Assembly: GCA_017495115.1 (NCBI GenBank)
Contig: JAFEIJ010000005.1
Span: 93,423-157,422 of the forward strand
DNA from: Chitinophagaceae bacterium
GTDB lineage: Bacteria; Bacteroidota; Bacteroidia; Chitinophagales; JADJOU01
Length of the DNA stretch: 64,000 nt
Reading direction: 5' to 3'
Shown: positions 18,201 to 28,315 of the stretch, in pieces
How the letters are laid out: the number at the start of each line of letters is the position of its first letter
Position numbering within the stretch: position 1 is the first letter of the stretch
Position numbers and translations under genes: made by a program
The notes under the pieces: generated by a model
What the model was told of the DNA's origin: nothing
Seen by the model: only the letters and a program-made list of their open reading frames with translations
Databases searched by the model: none

Positions 18201-20441
18201 TATACGCTTCCGCTTAACTATGTTTTGACGGGTACACCTGGCGTAACGCAATACAGACTTCAATTGTTTAAACATCGAGGCGCTTTAATTGATACGCCAT
18301 TTACAGCAGCCCAGTATACTGCTTTAAATGAGGATGTTTTAAAAATAATAGGACCATTTCCAATAACACCTACAACGAGATATCCTTTTTTCTATAATTA
18401 TAATTTATCATATCCTTTTTGTGAAAGTCCTTTGACAGAAGTTAAAAGTGTTTTTGTCAATACCGGAACTGCTCCTGTGGTATCTATAGATAGTATAATT
18501 AATGTTTGTTCTTATCCTCAATTAGTTATTGATGCAGGAAATAGTTCTTTTAGGCATGAATGGAGTAGTGGTGAAAAAACGCAAAAAATAGAACCTAAAA
18601 GCTCGGGTACATATACGGTAACGGTTACAGATAATGCGTCTGGATGCAATACTTCTGCTTACAGTAAAGTTACAATAAGACAATCTCCTGTTTTTAGTTT
18701 AGGAAAAGATACTTCTACTTGTTCTTTAAGCCCTATTTTCTTAAAATCTGGGTTTTCAAACGCTGGGTATAATCATAAATGGACGTATCTTTCGGGAACT
18801 TTGCCTGGTTTTATTAATGAAGGTGATCGTTTGCGCGAATCATTTAATGCTAAAGCTACGGGTTTTTATGAACTAGAAGTTAAAAATACCAGAACGGATT
18901 GTGTTTTCAAAGATACAACTCATGTAAAGATTTACAACAATCCAATTTTTACTTTAGGTAAAGATGAGAATATTTGCAAAGGCGATTCTATTTTAAAACA
19001 GTTTACAACAGCTCCAGGAAAAACCTTTAATTGGCACGATAATTCTAAATTACCAATTAAATTATTTAAAGCATCAGCTTTGGCACATCTTACTATTAGG
19101 GATTCTATACTAATAGATACCGTTAAGCATTATAAAGATACGTTATTGAAAATTAACGATCCATTAATTAATAGCTTTACGAATAATAAAAAAGATACAT
19201 TCATAAGAAATCAAGATACATTTGTTAATATTCGAGTCGATTCTTTTGGTTTGGTTTGTCCATTTAGCGATACTTTTATTGTGAATGTCGTTGATTTTCC
19301 AAAACCAAATATAGGTGATAATTTAACTGTATGTGACTCTTTAAATGTAAGAATAGAAGTCCCTATTGCTCCAAATAAATTGTATGCTTGGAGCAATGGA
19401 AGCACATCAAATTCAACAATTGTTAGTCGTTCCGGTCAATATATGCTAACTGTTACGGAACAAGGAACTATTTGTTCGGAAAAAGATACGGTTAATATCA
19501 TATTTATTAAATCCCCTAAATTAGAATTAGGTCCAAATAGGGTTACATGTAACGCCGTAGATACTATTTTTGCTACTGCTGGATTCGATTCGTATACTTG
19601 GTCGGGTGGAAGTGCGATTGCAAATCCATCGCAACGAAGAGTAACTGCAAATGGAAAAGTTTCTTTAGCCGCTTCACATACTTGTGGTATTCAAACGGAT
19701 GAAGTAAATATTACGTTTAAAGAAAGACCTATTGCATTTTCTTTACCTAATGATACATTTATATGTGAACCACTTACATTATCTATTACGCCTCAGCCTG
19801 CATCTGTTGATGTTAAATGGAGTACCGGTGAAGTTGTAAATAGTATTACAGTTGATGAAACAAATATATATTCAGTTACGGCTAGTAACGAATGCGCAAC
19901 AATTACGGATGTTATATTTGTTGAAAAAATAGAACCGCCAATTGCTGCATTTACTTCAGAAGTTTATGACTTATACGGACTATTTAGAAATCAGTCGATT
20001 AATGCTATTTCTTATGATTGGGATTTTGGCGATGGTAATACGGGTACATTAAAAACAGGAACAAATAATTATGTAGCTCCAGGGGAATATCAAGTTACTT
20101 TAAAAGTAAGAAATAAATGTAATGAAGAAAGTACGTTAACAAAAACGATTCGAATTTTTAATATTGGAATCAAAGATAAATCGAAGTTAAATCTTAGTTT
20201 GTTCCCAAATCCAAGTGCAGATCAAATCTCGATAACTTCAAATCAAATACCAAAAGGTTCTTATTTTATAAAAATATATAATTTTATTGGTCAATTGTTA
20301 ATAGAAAAGGAAATTACTGTTAATTCAGAACTAAAGGAGTTTGTCAATATTTCAAATTTGAGTAATGGAAATTATATTTTAAAATTTGAAAATTATAATG
20401 GTCAATTTAGAGAGAATCATAACTTTGAAGTAATTAAGTAA
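15279..20441 (+). CDS. Giant secreted multi-domain protein (1720 aa): Ig-like repeats, two GEVED-like motifs, CARDB-like domain, Cys-containing ~75-aa repeats, PKD domain, T9SS type-A C-terminal sorting domain
   Basis: Signal peptide MGKFYTLLILLVLLTIKINSQ; I prefer the ATG at 15279 over the TTG at 15252. ASGEIEDHIV and AETHDYLVNIY motifs. WDFGDGNTG PKD motif. Terminal LFPNPSADQISI...NGNYILKFEN CTD. Confidence 0.85.
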   Translation: MGKFYTLLILLVLLTIKINSQSISTNTIYSPTDPFLGGISFNIENTLAQTIRVTSISSIHTLNAPSQNAICKVWYRTTPVAAYPGAISTLNGWTLAKTQTKFGLSTSISPFVTGLNIDIPAGARFAFFIESDKTSASQFVVQPKRDTFTNAGVRLIAGTNVGYSGPLAAPLSTPRGFIGTVNFQPITPCNAMPNAGTINFNSGFCNGQNKVFEIENYTFGENLNFQWQSSSDGVNFTDIVGQTGFSLNRTMTTNSYFRMKVTCTNTSQTAFSTAVYDTLFPPAYCTCNNYPQFTSEEEEEILEVSINGSSRTSDCSNIPAGAGLQSILGKVTDWKPLGVFVDLKQGSANLLKLNLGSCGTQQNARSAEVFIDLNGNRIFDEPSVYSINLTNQDPVGEVLGVINIPSNAGGGQLSALNTKLRVLMRIIYKTGTAAIASCPASTLIYASGEIEDHIVNLEFSPNCTGTPISGSVEGTRGFCPGELSTFSNINSSVAPNITRAWDTAASPTGPWGAVVGQTGQTINLNLQRTTFVRCKVICAASGLEATTSVFIDTVKNAIFCECKYNFVTNTTTNINNYFLQDFVLRGHYNTNLVDLGTGMSLSPMRYSDFRNKFSNPVRIHPNEPFNMELFAVSDVPANSHASVYLDTNMNGLDAADRIYATNATVKISNNPANPTITPNITLNSSKLGLALLRVVYRNAASNAITPCQATPASLQAETHDYLVNIYRPDLDLKLISIDNLTSGCSKTLTPIQFSINNKARIPIAPILTYSINGGSPVRDTFGILNVNETKQFTFSKLADFTNLTGVITVKVWINNIGDENTKDNEIEVNISNFLTPPIPTTKNDTVCSNENISVLSAQSPIGYESIWYKDILGTIFDTISSAKVIRNPATSQSFYTKSAYFSTASTGLPTPILSTQSLVQNMGQVIRIQKALVKINSVDVHSTSSLVDTLIVALNTSTGVLIRRDSFFTSGPGVYTLPLNYVLTGTPGVTQYRLQLFKHRGALIDTPFTAAQYTALNEDVLKIIGPFPITPTTRYPFFYNYNLSYPFCESPLTEVKSVFVNTGTAPVVSIDSIINVCSYPQLVIDAGNSSFRHEWSSGEKTQKIEPKSSGTYTVTVTDNASGCNTSAYSKVTIRQSPVFSLGKDTSTCSLSPIFLKSGFSNAGYNHKWTYLSGTLPGFINEGDRLRESFNAKATGFYELEVKNTRTDCVFKDTTHVKIYNNPIFTLGKDENICKGDSILKQFTTAPGKTFNWHDNSKLPIKLFKASALAHLTIRDSILIDTVKHYKDTLLKINDPLINSFTNNKKDTFIRNQDTFVNIRVDSFGLVCPFSDTFIVNVVDFPKPNIGDNLTVCDSLNVRIEVPIAPNKLYAWSNGSTSNSTIVSRSGQYMLTVTEQGTICSEKDTVNIIFIKSPKLELGPNRVTCNAVDTIFATAGFDSYTWSGGSAIANPSQRRVTANGKVSLAASHTCGIQTDEVNITFKERPIAFSLPNDTFICEPLTLSITPQPASVDVKWSTGEVVNSITVDETNIYSVTASNECATITDVIFVEKIEPPIAAFTSEVYDLYGLFRNQSINAISYDWDFGDGNTGTLKTGTNNYVAPGEYQVTLKVRNKCNEESTLTKTIRIFNIGIKDKSKLNLSLFPNPSADQISITSNQIPKGSYFIKIYNFIGQLLIEKEITVNSELKEFVNISNLSNGNYILKFENYNGQFRENHNFEVIK

Positions 20442-20460
20442 AAAGAAAAAATAGATATAT

Positions 20461-23400
20461 ATGAAGAATTTATTTAAAACGTTCGTATTGTTACATTTCA
20501 TTTTCACAATTGTGAATTTTGAAGTATACGCTCAATGTCCAGGAATGACAGGAGGAGTAACCAGTATAAAGTCTAAAGATTGTCAACAAAATAAGATCGT
20601 TTATCGAGCAACCGGAATAACAACTGGCCCCGATGTAGAATATTTATGGCAACGCCTTAATTTAAATGTTGTTGGGGCAACATGGGTAAATGCGGGTTCC
20701 AATTCGGACACTTTAGAAGCTCCTGCAAACCAACATGGATTTGCGTATCGTCTTAGAGTGCGATGTAAATTGGCGCCTCCAATACCAGATGAATTTTCAA
20801 CTACAATTATTAATAGGATTTCTACAAGAAAATTAAGTGTTCAAGCTCTAGCTTGCGATAGCTGTTATGATGTGATTACTCCAAAAGTAGGTGGCGGATT
20901 TGATACTATTGTTAAATGTGGTATGTTAAAATTAAAACTTAAAAAAGATTCCACGTTTAATGATGATTTGTTTGCTACTAATTTCACATGGAATATTTCT
21001 AAAAATAATGGATTTACATATGCTCCAATTTCACCTTATTTTATAAATAGTAAAGATTCTATTTTTGTTCCTTTTGAGAGTGCTATGACGATTTATGCAG
21101 GATATGTTTCTACTTGTCCTCAACCAAATGCTATTTTAGATACATCAAATAAGTTTTGGAGTAACAAAGTTATTGTTGGTCTAGAAGAAATAAAAATATC
21201 TTTAGATGAAGCAACTAAAAGATGTAATACGGATAGTGCAACTTTAGTATTAACAAATGTAGATACTTCTCTTTTGAGTAAATTAAATATTAGCTGGGAA
21301 GTTAGTGTCAATAAAAATGGACCTTTTAGAAAATTACTTCATGTTGGGGATTCATTAAAGATAAAAGTTAATAAAGATTCTTTTTATCGTGCTAAAATTG
21401 CATTTTGTGGAAATACAGATACCACAATTGTTGGCCCATTTGAGTTAATTACTCAGATTAAAACTACAAACCATTATGTAGAATGTCCTACGGAAGCAGT
21501 AGTCATAGATTATTCAGATCGTTTAAAGATTAATGACGCTAATATAAAAGTTAAATGGGAACGTAAAAAAGGATTTTCGGGTAATTTCTTACCATATGAC
21601 GATCCTCAGCAAAATCAATTGCTTAAAACACAAATGCTATTTAATGATACGACTATTTATCGAATAGTAACCATGTTATGTGATAACAATCCTACTTCAT
21701 TTGATACTATTTTAGATACGGTTATTCTTCAAACGGGTTCAAATAATACAACAATAACGCCATTTACTTGTCCAAGTGATAGTATCACATTGACAGCTGG
21801 AGGAAATGTGCCCTTTTTTACTAATTTAAATAATATTCAATCGCTATGGCAAATAAAAACGGAAAATGATTTAGCATTTCGAATTATTGCGCCAAAAACA
21901 GAAGCTCAAATTTTAAAATACAAAATGCCAATGGGATGGACTTCTTATCGAAAAGCTACGATTATTTGTCCTGTAGAGTCTTGTGAAGGAGGAACTTCTT
22001 TTGCAGGTGCTGAAGCAAAAAGTTATCTTCCTAATAAAATAATAGGTCAAATTATAAATTGTATCTCGGATTTAACATTAAAAGCTCTTGATGACACGGT
22101 ACGTTTTGTTGATAATAGTGGTGAAGTGAAAGTTGCAGGACCATTTACATATCTATGGCAAACGAGCTCTCAGTATCAAGGTCCTTATACAGACATTGCG
22201 GGGCAAATCGGAAAGGAAATGATTGTGCCTCCAGCAGGTATTTCTAGTTTTTATAGACGAATTGTAAGGCTATGTCCTGCAAGTATAAATACTTATATTT
22301 CTAATGTAAGTAATATAACGATCCCAAATCCAACATCAAGAAGCGGAAAAGCCCAAGTTCTTGATGAAGTTTGTTTAGATAAAACGGTAGGAATTGGAAT
22401 CGTAAATGCGACACCTAGAGTTGGGAATCCAACATATATGTGGCAAGTGTCCGATGATAATATAAAATTTAATACTTATTTTGCATCTCAAACTAATAGT
22501 GCTTCAACCATTGCAAAGACTTTGGTTCAATTTAAATATTATAGAAGAATAACCTTGTGGTGTGATGATAATGGTACTCTAATTACAATTGATTCTTCAG
22601 AATCTGTTCCATTAAGTTATGTGCAATCACTACCATGGTGTGATGGATTCTCAAATCAAGTGAATTTCGGAGAGAATAGATTATTCTCTTGTTTTTCTCA
22701 TCATAAAGCTTCATGTAATACACCTGGTGCAAAATTACCAATTTATTCTAATGCTAGAACGGGACGACAAGGCGCCGGATATACACATCAAAATCCAGTT
22801 AATCCTCCAGGACCATCTGATAAAGTATCAGATGGAAAGTTTGTTACTCCCGCATTTCGATTAGAAAAAGGAAAAACGTATCGCTTTAGTTTTTGGCATC
22901 GAGAAACTGGTGCTCAACTTGGCTGGGATTCTTTATATTGTGTTGCCGGATCTATTAATTCGGCTTGTGATTTAACTGAAAAAATTGGTCACGTAAATGT
23001 TAATTTTAGATTTGATCAATGGAATCGACATCATTCGGACTTTACACCATGTAGTACGGACGTTTATTATTTTGGTATCGTTTATAGAGAAACACAAGCA
23101 ACAAGAGCTAATATGTCTTTTGATGATGTTTGTGTAAAAGAAGTAAAACGTTGTGATGATAATACGCCTACAAATGGTTCTGCTTTTGCTCCAAGTAAGA
23201 TTATTGATCGACCTGAACAAAAAATGGATTACGAAAAATATGAAGTAACCCATCAATATTGTATTGGCGATACCATTATGATTACCTACGAGCCTAGTGT
23301 TTTTGGAGCTCAAACTGCGACAGGAACCAATCAGTTTGACTACAGTGGAATGGTATACCAGTTTTATAGAAAACGAATGGATCCCGATTTTAATATTACG

Positions 23401-26400
23401 GATAGTACATTCTCAAAAATGATTGATAATTCGTTGTATGGAGAGCCTAATCCTTTAGCTGCTAATCAATATCGTATTCATATAAACAAAAGAGATTGGC
23501 TAACCACAAATATTGTAGCCACAGATACGAATACATATTATAAAATTGTTGGGACTTGTCTTTTTGATGGAAAAGAGTATCATTCGGATTCGTTATTAGT
23601 AAATGGAACGCATAGTTTGCCTTATTGTGAGGATTGGAGTGGCGTTACCGTAAATAATGATCAAAAACCGCATTTCACAACCAATGAAATAGAAGTTCAG
23701 GCTGGTCGTTTTTCACCTTGTCCAACTTGTTGGGGAAGTTATGGTTTAAATGGTTCTAGGCCATTCTTTTCGGGTAATTTTTCTCCATGGATAACAGGAG
23801 GGAATTTCGTGCCTGGTGGTGGTCCTTTGCCTTTATTAGGTCCTTATCCTGAAATCATTGATGCACAAATGACGGATTTTAAAGGTGGTTTGGTAAGTGG
23901 AGTTATCAATAGAGACGCAACAATAAGTGTTCCTGATACAAACTTTAAAGTATTAATTTTCCCTGCTATTCGTTTCCATAAAAAGAAACATTATCTTGTG
24001 TCTTTTCAATGGGCGGATAATACAGCAAAGAATTTTGATGCATCTACAACATCTGTTTCAAATCCTCAAATGATTCGAAAGAATTCAAGAGATTTTAGTA
24101 ACACAGATTCGGTATTCTTAATGGCAGTAAAAGGAGCAACTGCAATTGAAAATCCAGCTAATTTTACTAGAGCTCGCCGAGTTACAGATGTCGTAAGGAA
24201 TATTTCATCGGTTGTAAATCAAATTGGAAAGGCAAGGTATCAATACCTTTCATGGATTTACTCACCTCCAGATACTGGAACATACTCCTTAGCGATAGCA
24301 ATGAAGGTTGGAAGACAAATTGATGGTGAATTTCATCGTATTATTCTAGATGATTTTTGTATTGATACGATTCCTGAATCACTAAAAGAACCTAATGAAT
24401 TTATTGCGGATCCTTGTGCAGATAGCCCAGTATTTAAATCACCTTTATACTTAAATGTAATTCCAGAAGGAGTTCCATATCCATTTACGAATGCACCTCC
24501 AAGTGATAAATGGTGTAATGGAGAAGATATTGCATTTGCGTTAGGTTTAGATCATAAATTATTAAAAGATATTCCAATTTGGAAAAAAGGATGGAGGATG
24601 CAGTGGGAGTATACGGATAATCCAAATATGCTCAATTGGTATCCAACGTCTTTAGGTGATACATTTAATTTTATAAAAATTAGATTAACAACCAAATATC
24701 GAAATTATCGTCTTAGGATGTATAATGATTGCGGAAAAGGAACTATAGTTGGTCCTTTAAACGTATTTCCATCTGGGGGTAATTTACCTTTACAAGAAAT
24801 GTTTGATATACGTCAATCTTCAGGTTTTACGGTTCCTTGTTGGACCTCTTTTTCTACAAATATTAATCGATTAAATATACGCGATAATGATCCTAATGAT
24901 TTCCTTAGAAGACCATTGACTAAAAAGAAATTAGTTGAGTTTGACTGGAAACCATCTACTCCAGGTAATGCGCGTCCTAATGAATTTACTTTAAAAACCC
25001 CAGCAATTAATCTTAAGAAAGATTCTACGTATCGAATCTCTTTTTGGTATCAAGATAATGGATATAGTAATACAATCGATTCCTTAAGATTAGGGTGGAC
25101 TTATAATGTGAATTCATTTGATATCAATGGTCCTAATAGACTTGTAAACATATTAACCGGAAATAATATTGTTAGAGATTATCAGAATGGTTTTTATAAA
25201 TATTACACTGCAGAACATAAAGTTATGTTTAGTGTTAGTCCTCCGAGAACAGATAGTAATTTCTTTTATTTAATTAAAATGCATGATAATGAAGGAAATG
25301 GAAATACTTATTTTTATACTACTAGTATAGAAAATGTTGAGGTAAAACCTAAATATGATAATGATTTGGTTGTGATTTCAATAGACTCTCCTATTATTGG
25401 ATGTGGCGCTGAAGCAAATGGATTAGTTAAAGCTCAAGTTATGAATTTAGGTTCTTCAACACAGTCAAACTTTACAGTTAGAGCTCGTGTGAACAAAGGT
25501 CTTGCTTCAAGTGCTGTTTATAATGGTTCACTATCTTCTAATCAAGTTGGAACTATTTATATTCCAAATGTTGATTTTGATATTACGTCTGGAAGTAAAT
25601 ATTTGTCGGTTTTTACTGATTTAGCTTCTGATCAAGATCGATGGGATGATACGTTAACAAGAGAAGTTTTTGATAATAAAAAACCAATTAAACCAACTGA
25701 TAGCGGAGGCTTTTTCTGTATAAATCAAGATTTAAACTATAAAGTAAAGGGTAATGGTTTAAATGTATTTTGGTATCATAAAGAGTTTGATGAATATCCT
25801 TTCCAAGTTTCAGATTCTATTCAAATTCCAAATTTCAGAAAAGATACTTCTTATTTTGCATCTACAAGTTGTTCTTATGGAAGTTTTATGAAACCATTTA
25901 ATTTTGCATCGTTTAATACTACTTTCGGAAATGAAAATAGAGGTATTTTATTTGATGTCAATACGCATAGAACGGTTCGATTAAGAACTGTGGATGTTTA
26001 TGCTGAGTCTCAAGGAAATGGCGTCATTCGTTTGGTGCAATATGGTCAAACTTTATATCAAACAAATGCATCATTTACAAAATCAGGACTTAATAGAGTT
26101 TCTTTAGAATGGGATATTCAACCAGGTACAGATTATCAGTTAATATATTTAGGCGGAGCTGGTAGCACTCGATTGATTAGAAGTTCTGTTGATGATGGTT
26201 ATCTTGGTTATAAGGTTGATCTATCTGGAGCATGCTCGAATGATGGATCTGTATATAGTAAATCTGGAGTAAATGGTAATACCTATAATTATTTCTTTAA
26301 CTGGCAGTTTTGGGTTGAAAGTTGTGAGTCAGAACGATTAAAAGTTAATTTAAAATTAAAGCCTTCTCCAGTTGTTAATTTAAAAGATACATTCAGGATA

Positions 26401-28251
26401 TGCTCAAAACCAAATTACTTTTTGGAAGCTCCGTTGCCACCAACGGGTGATGTATTTACATATCTATGGAATAAAGATAATTCAATTGACCGAAAAGTAC
26501 TTGTAAATCAAACGTTTAATTATATAGTTTCAGTTACAAATAGTGTTAATTGTACTACTGTAGATAGTACTAGAATTATTGTAGATCCTTCTCCAGATTT
26601 AAGGTTGCCGGATACGGTTCCATTCTGTAAAAATGTGGACACCTTAACGATTAATTCAGGTCTTTTGAAATCTCAAAATTCAATTGTATGGAGTGATGGT
26701 ACTAGTGATTCATTTATGAAAATTAGAATACCAGGTACTTATTTTGTTTATGCTTATAATTTGGTCAATTTCTGCCCATCTTATGATACTTTTGTTGTTA
26801 GATCAGTGGACCCACCCGTATTTACACTTGGTCAAGATCGAGTATTCTGTGGAGAAGAATTTAAGTTGCAGCCAAATATATCAGAAGCTGGAAAAACATT
26901 TACATTTGGAGGTCAAAAACCAATTTCGAATATTGGAACCATAAATACAAAAGGTAATCATCAATATTTTCTTCAAGTTAGAGATAATGCCACAAATTGT
27001 TATTTTTCAGACACAATTATGGCTAATTTAGTTTCTAATCCAATTGTTAATTTAGGAAAAGATACCTTCTTATGCGGTCCTTCAACATTCTTAGTTTTAG
27101 GAGATAAATCATATCAAAATATTCCTGGATTTACGTATTCTTGGAATACGACTTCAACCCAAAGAAATGTAATAGTTTCTTTACCTGGTACTTATATTTT
27201 AAATGTAACTAATGCATTTTATGGTTGTACAGGTGCTGATACGATTAATGTAACTCGAAGAACTTCTACAATTTTTAGTTTTGGAAATGATGTGGTTTTA
27301 TGTGCAAATAGTTATACAATCAAGGCACCTTCTAATGTAATTGGCTCTGGATTTAAATATACTTGGTCCAATGGGCAAACAGATTCTTCTATAACAGTTA
27401 GCCAATCGGGTAGATATGCATTGACCGTTGATAATGGCTGTGGCGATGTGTTTTCAGATTTCATAAATGTTCAATTGGATAAAAGTGATACAGGCGCAAT
27501 CCGAAAATTATTTATTTTACCAGATACGGTTTATGGATGTGGCAAGGCAGAATTAACAGCTATTTCGGATACAGTAGGCGCTAAAATCATATGGAGTACG
27601 AAAGACTCAATTAATACTATTTTGGTAGATAAATCGCAGTCTGTATCTGTATCGGTATTTAATACTTGTGGGGCATTTACTAAATCTACAAGAGTTATTA
27701 TGAGCACTCCACCAGTTGCTAATTTTACAATAACTAAGCCAATACCAGACGATGACTTTTTCTTGTTATTTAATAACACAAGTTCTACAGACGGTAAGGT
27801 AATGTGGTATTTTGGTGACGGTGACTCTAGCTCCGATTATTTAACGGCACATCGTTATCTTGTTGAAGGTGAATATTTAGTAACTTTAGTTGTTAAAAAT
27901 GCTTGCGGTCAAGCTTCTATCTCAAAATCAACTGGTTTGTTGAAGAAATTTAGAGACACCCCTCCAAGTTCTATTAACAATATTGCAAATTCAAAAACAA
28001 TTGGCTTATATCCTAATCCGGCGGATGCTACTACAAAATTATATGCATCCGGAATAACGAATGGAAAATATTTCATTACAATTACAAATGTACTTGGTCA
28101 AGCAATATTAAATCAAGAGGTAGTTGTGAGAAATAACAAGTTAGATGCAAATATTGAAACTAAGAATTTTGCAAATGGAGAGTATTTTGTTAATGTAATG
28201 GATGAGAAAGACATTAGTGCAATTAAAAAATTGCTAATCATTCATAAGTAA
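20461..28251 (+). CDS. Giant secreted multi-domain protein (2596 aa): repeated Ig-like 'WQ...YR..V.C' modules, three MAM/choice-of-anchor-J-like modules, CARDB-like domain, Cys-repeat modules, PKD domain, T9SS type-A CTD
   Basis: Signal peptide ...EVYAQ. Recurrent YLWQ/YMWQ...YYRR..L.C modules. Modules bounded by LPWCDGF...FDDVCV, LPYCEDW...LDDFCI and LPLQEMF...IENVEV. WYFGDGDSS PKD motif. Terminal LYPNPADATTKL...NGEYFVNV CTD. Confidence 0.85.
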   Translation: MKNLFKTFVLLHFIFTIVNFEVYAQCPGMTGGVTSIKSKDCQQNKIVYRATGITTGPDVEYLWQRLNLNVVGATWVNAGSNSDTLEAPANQHGFAYRLRVRCKLAPPIPDEFSTTIINRISTRKLSVQALACDSCYDVITPKVGGGFDTIVKCGMLKLKLKKDSTFNDDLFATNFTWNISKNNGFTYAPISPYFINSKDSIFVPFESAMTIYAGYVSTCPQPNAILDTSNKFWSNKVIVGLEEIKISLDEATKRCNTDSATLVLTNVDTSLLSKLNISWEVSVNKNGPFRKLLHVGDSLKIKVNKDSFYRAKIAFCGNTDTTIVGPFELITQIKTTNHYVECPTEAVVIDYSDRLKINDANIKVKWERKKGFSGNFLPYDDPQQNQLLKTQMLFNDTTIYRIVTMLCDNNPTSFDTILDTVILQTGSNNTTITPFTCPSDSITLTAGGNVPFFTNLNNIQSLWQIKTENDLAFRIIAPKTEAQILKYKMPMGWTSYRKATIICPVESCEGGTSFAGAEAKSYLPNKIIGQIINCISDLTLKALDDTVRFVDNSGEVKVAGPFTYLWQTSSQYQGPYTDIAGQIGKEMIVPPAGISSFYRRIVRLCPASINTYISNVSNITIPNPTSRSGKAQVLDEVCLDKTVGIGIVNATPRVGNPTYMWQVSDDNIKFNTYFASQTNSASTIAKTLVQFKYYRRITLWCDDNGTLITIDSSESVPLSYVQSLPWCDGFSNQVNFGENRLFSCFSHHKASCNTPGAKLPIYSNARTGRQGAGYTHQNPVNPPGPSDKVSDGKFVTPAFRLEKGKTYRFSFWHRETGAQLGWDSLYCVAGSINSACDLTEKIGHVNVNFRFDQWNRHHSDFTPCSTDVYYFGIVYRETQATRANMSFDDVCVKEVKRCDDNTPTNGSAFAPSKIIDRPEQKMDYEKYEVTHQYCIGDTIMITYEPSVFGAQTATGTNQFDYSGMVYQFYRKRMDPDFNITDSTFSKMIDNSLYGEPNPLAANQYRIHINKRDWLTTNIVATDTNTYYKIVGTCLFDGKEYHSDSLLVNGTHSLPYCEDWSGVTVNNDQKPHFTTNEIEVQAGRFSPCPTCWGSYGLNGSRPFFSGNFSPWITGGNFVPGGGPLPLLGPYPEIIDAQMTDFKGGLVSGVINRDATISVPDTNFKVLIFPAIRFHKKKHYLVSFQWADNTAKNFDASTTSVSNPQMIRKNSRDFSNTDSVFLMAVKGATAIENPANFTRARRVTDVVRNISSVVNQIGKARYQYLSWIYSPPDTGTYSLAIAMKVGRQIDGEFHRIILDDFCIDTIPESLKEPNEFIADPCADSPVFKSPLYLNVIPEGVPYPFTNAPPSDKWCNGEDIAFALGLDHKLLKDIPIWKKGWRMQWEYTDNPNMLNWYPTSLGDTFNFIKIRLTTKYRNYRLRMYNDCGKGTIVGPLNVFPSGGNLPLQEMFDIRQSSGFTVPCWTSFSTNINRLNIRDNDPNDFLRRPLTKKKLVEFDWKPSTPGNARPNEFTLKTPAINLKKDSTYRISFWYQDNGYSNTIDSLRLGWTYNVNSFDINGPNRLVNILTGNNIVRDYQNGFYKYYTAEHKVMFSVSPPRTDSNFFYLIKMHDNEGNGNTYFYTTSIENVEVKPKYDNDLVVISIDSPIIGCGAEANGLVKAQVMNLGSSTQSNFTVRARVNKGLASSAVYNGSLSSNQVGTIYIPNVDFDITSGSKYLSVFTDLASDQDRWDDTLTREVFDNKKPIKPTDSGGFFCINQDLNYKVKGNGLNVFWYHKEFDEYPFQVSDSIQIPNFRKDTSYFASTSCSYGSFMKPFNFASFNTTFGNENRGILFDVNTHRTVRLRTVDVYAESQGNGVIRLVQYGQTLYQTNASFTKSGLNRVSLEWDIQPGTDYQLIYLGGAGSTRLIRSSVDDGYLGYKVDLSGACSNDGSVYSKSGVNGNTYNYFFNWQFWVESCESERLKVNLKLKPSPVVNLKDTFRICSKPNYFLEAPLPPTGDVFTYLWNKDNSIDRKVLVNQTFNYIVSVTNSVNCTTVDSTRIIVDPSPDLRLPDTVPFCKNVDTLTINSGLLKSQNSIVWSDGTSDSFMKIRIPGTYFVYAYNLVNFCPSYDTFVVRSVDPPVFTLGQDRVFCGEEFKLQPNISEAGKTFTFGGQKPISNIGTINTKGNHQYFLQVRDNATNCYFSDTIMANLVSNPIVNLGKDTFLCGPSTFLVLGDKSYQNIPGFTYSWNTTSTQRNVIVSLPGTYILNVTNAFYGCTGADTINVTRRTSTIFSFGNDVVLCANSYTIKAPSNVIGSGFKYTWSNGQTDSSITVSQSGRYALTVDNGCGDVFSDFINVQLDKSDTGAIRKLFILPDTVYGCGKAELTAISDTVGAKIIWSTKDSINTILVDKSQSVSVSVFNTCGAFTKSTRVIMSTPPVANFTITKPIPDDDFFLLFNNTSSTDGKVMWYFGDGDSSSDYLTAHRYLVEGEYLVTLVVKNACGQASISKSTGLLKKFRDTPPSSINNIANSKTIGLYPNPADATTKLYASGITNGKYFITITNVLGQAILNQEVVVRNNKLDANIETKNFANGEYFVNVMDEKDISAIKKLLIIHK

Positions 28252-28270
28252 CCGTTTTTTTAACTTTTAA

Positions 28271-28302
28271 ATGGGTGTAATTTATTAATTACACCCATTT
28301 TT
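28271..28302 (+). terminator. Rho-independent terminator after the giant cargo operon
   Basis: Perfect 12-bp stem ATGGGTGTAATT/AATTACACCCAT with loop TATT, followed by a T-run. Confidence 0.75.
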
Positions 28303-28315
28303 ATTTAATAATTAT

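Noticed and set aside
15279-28251. Diversity-generating retroelement or other hypervariation system acting on the giant surface proteins
   Set aside because: There is no reverse transcriptase, no template/variable repeat pair, and no invertible-promoter inverted repeats flanking the operon promoter.
15081-28303. tRNA-His as the integration site of a genomic island carrying the two giant cargo genes
   Set aside because: No integrase or recombinase gene is present. I could find no direct repeat of the tRNA 3' end at the distal boundary (28.25-28.32 kb). The block ends in an ordinary terminator followed by housekeeping genes.
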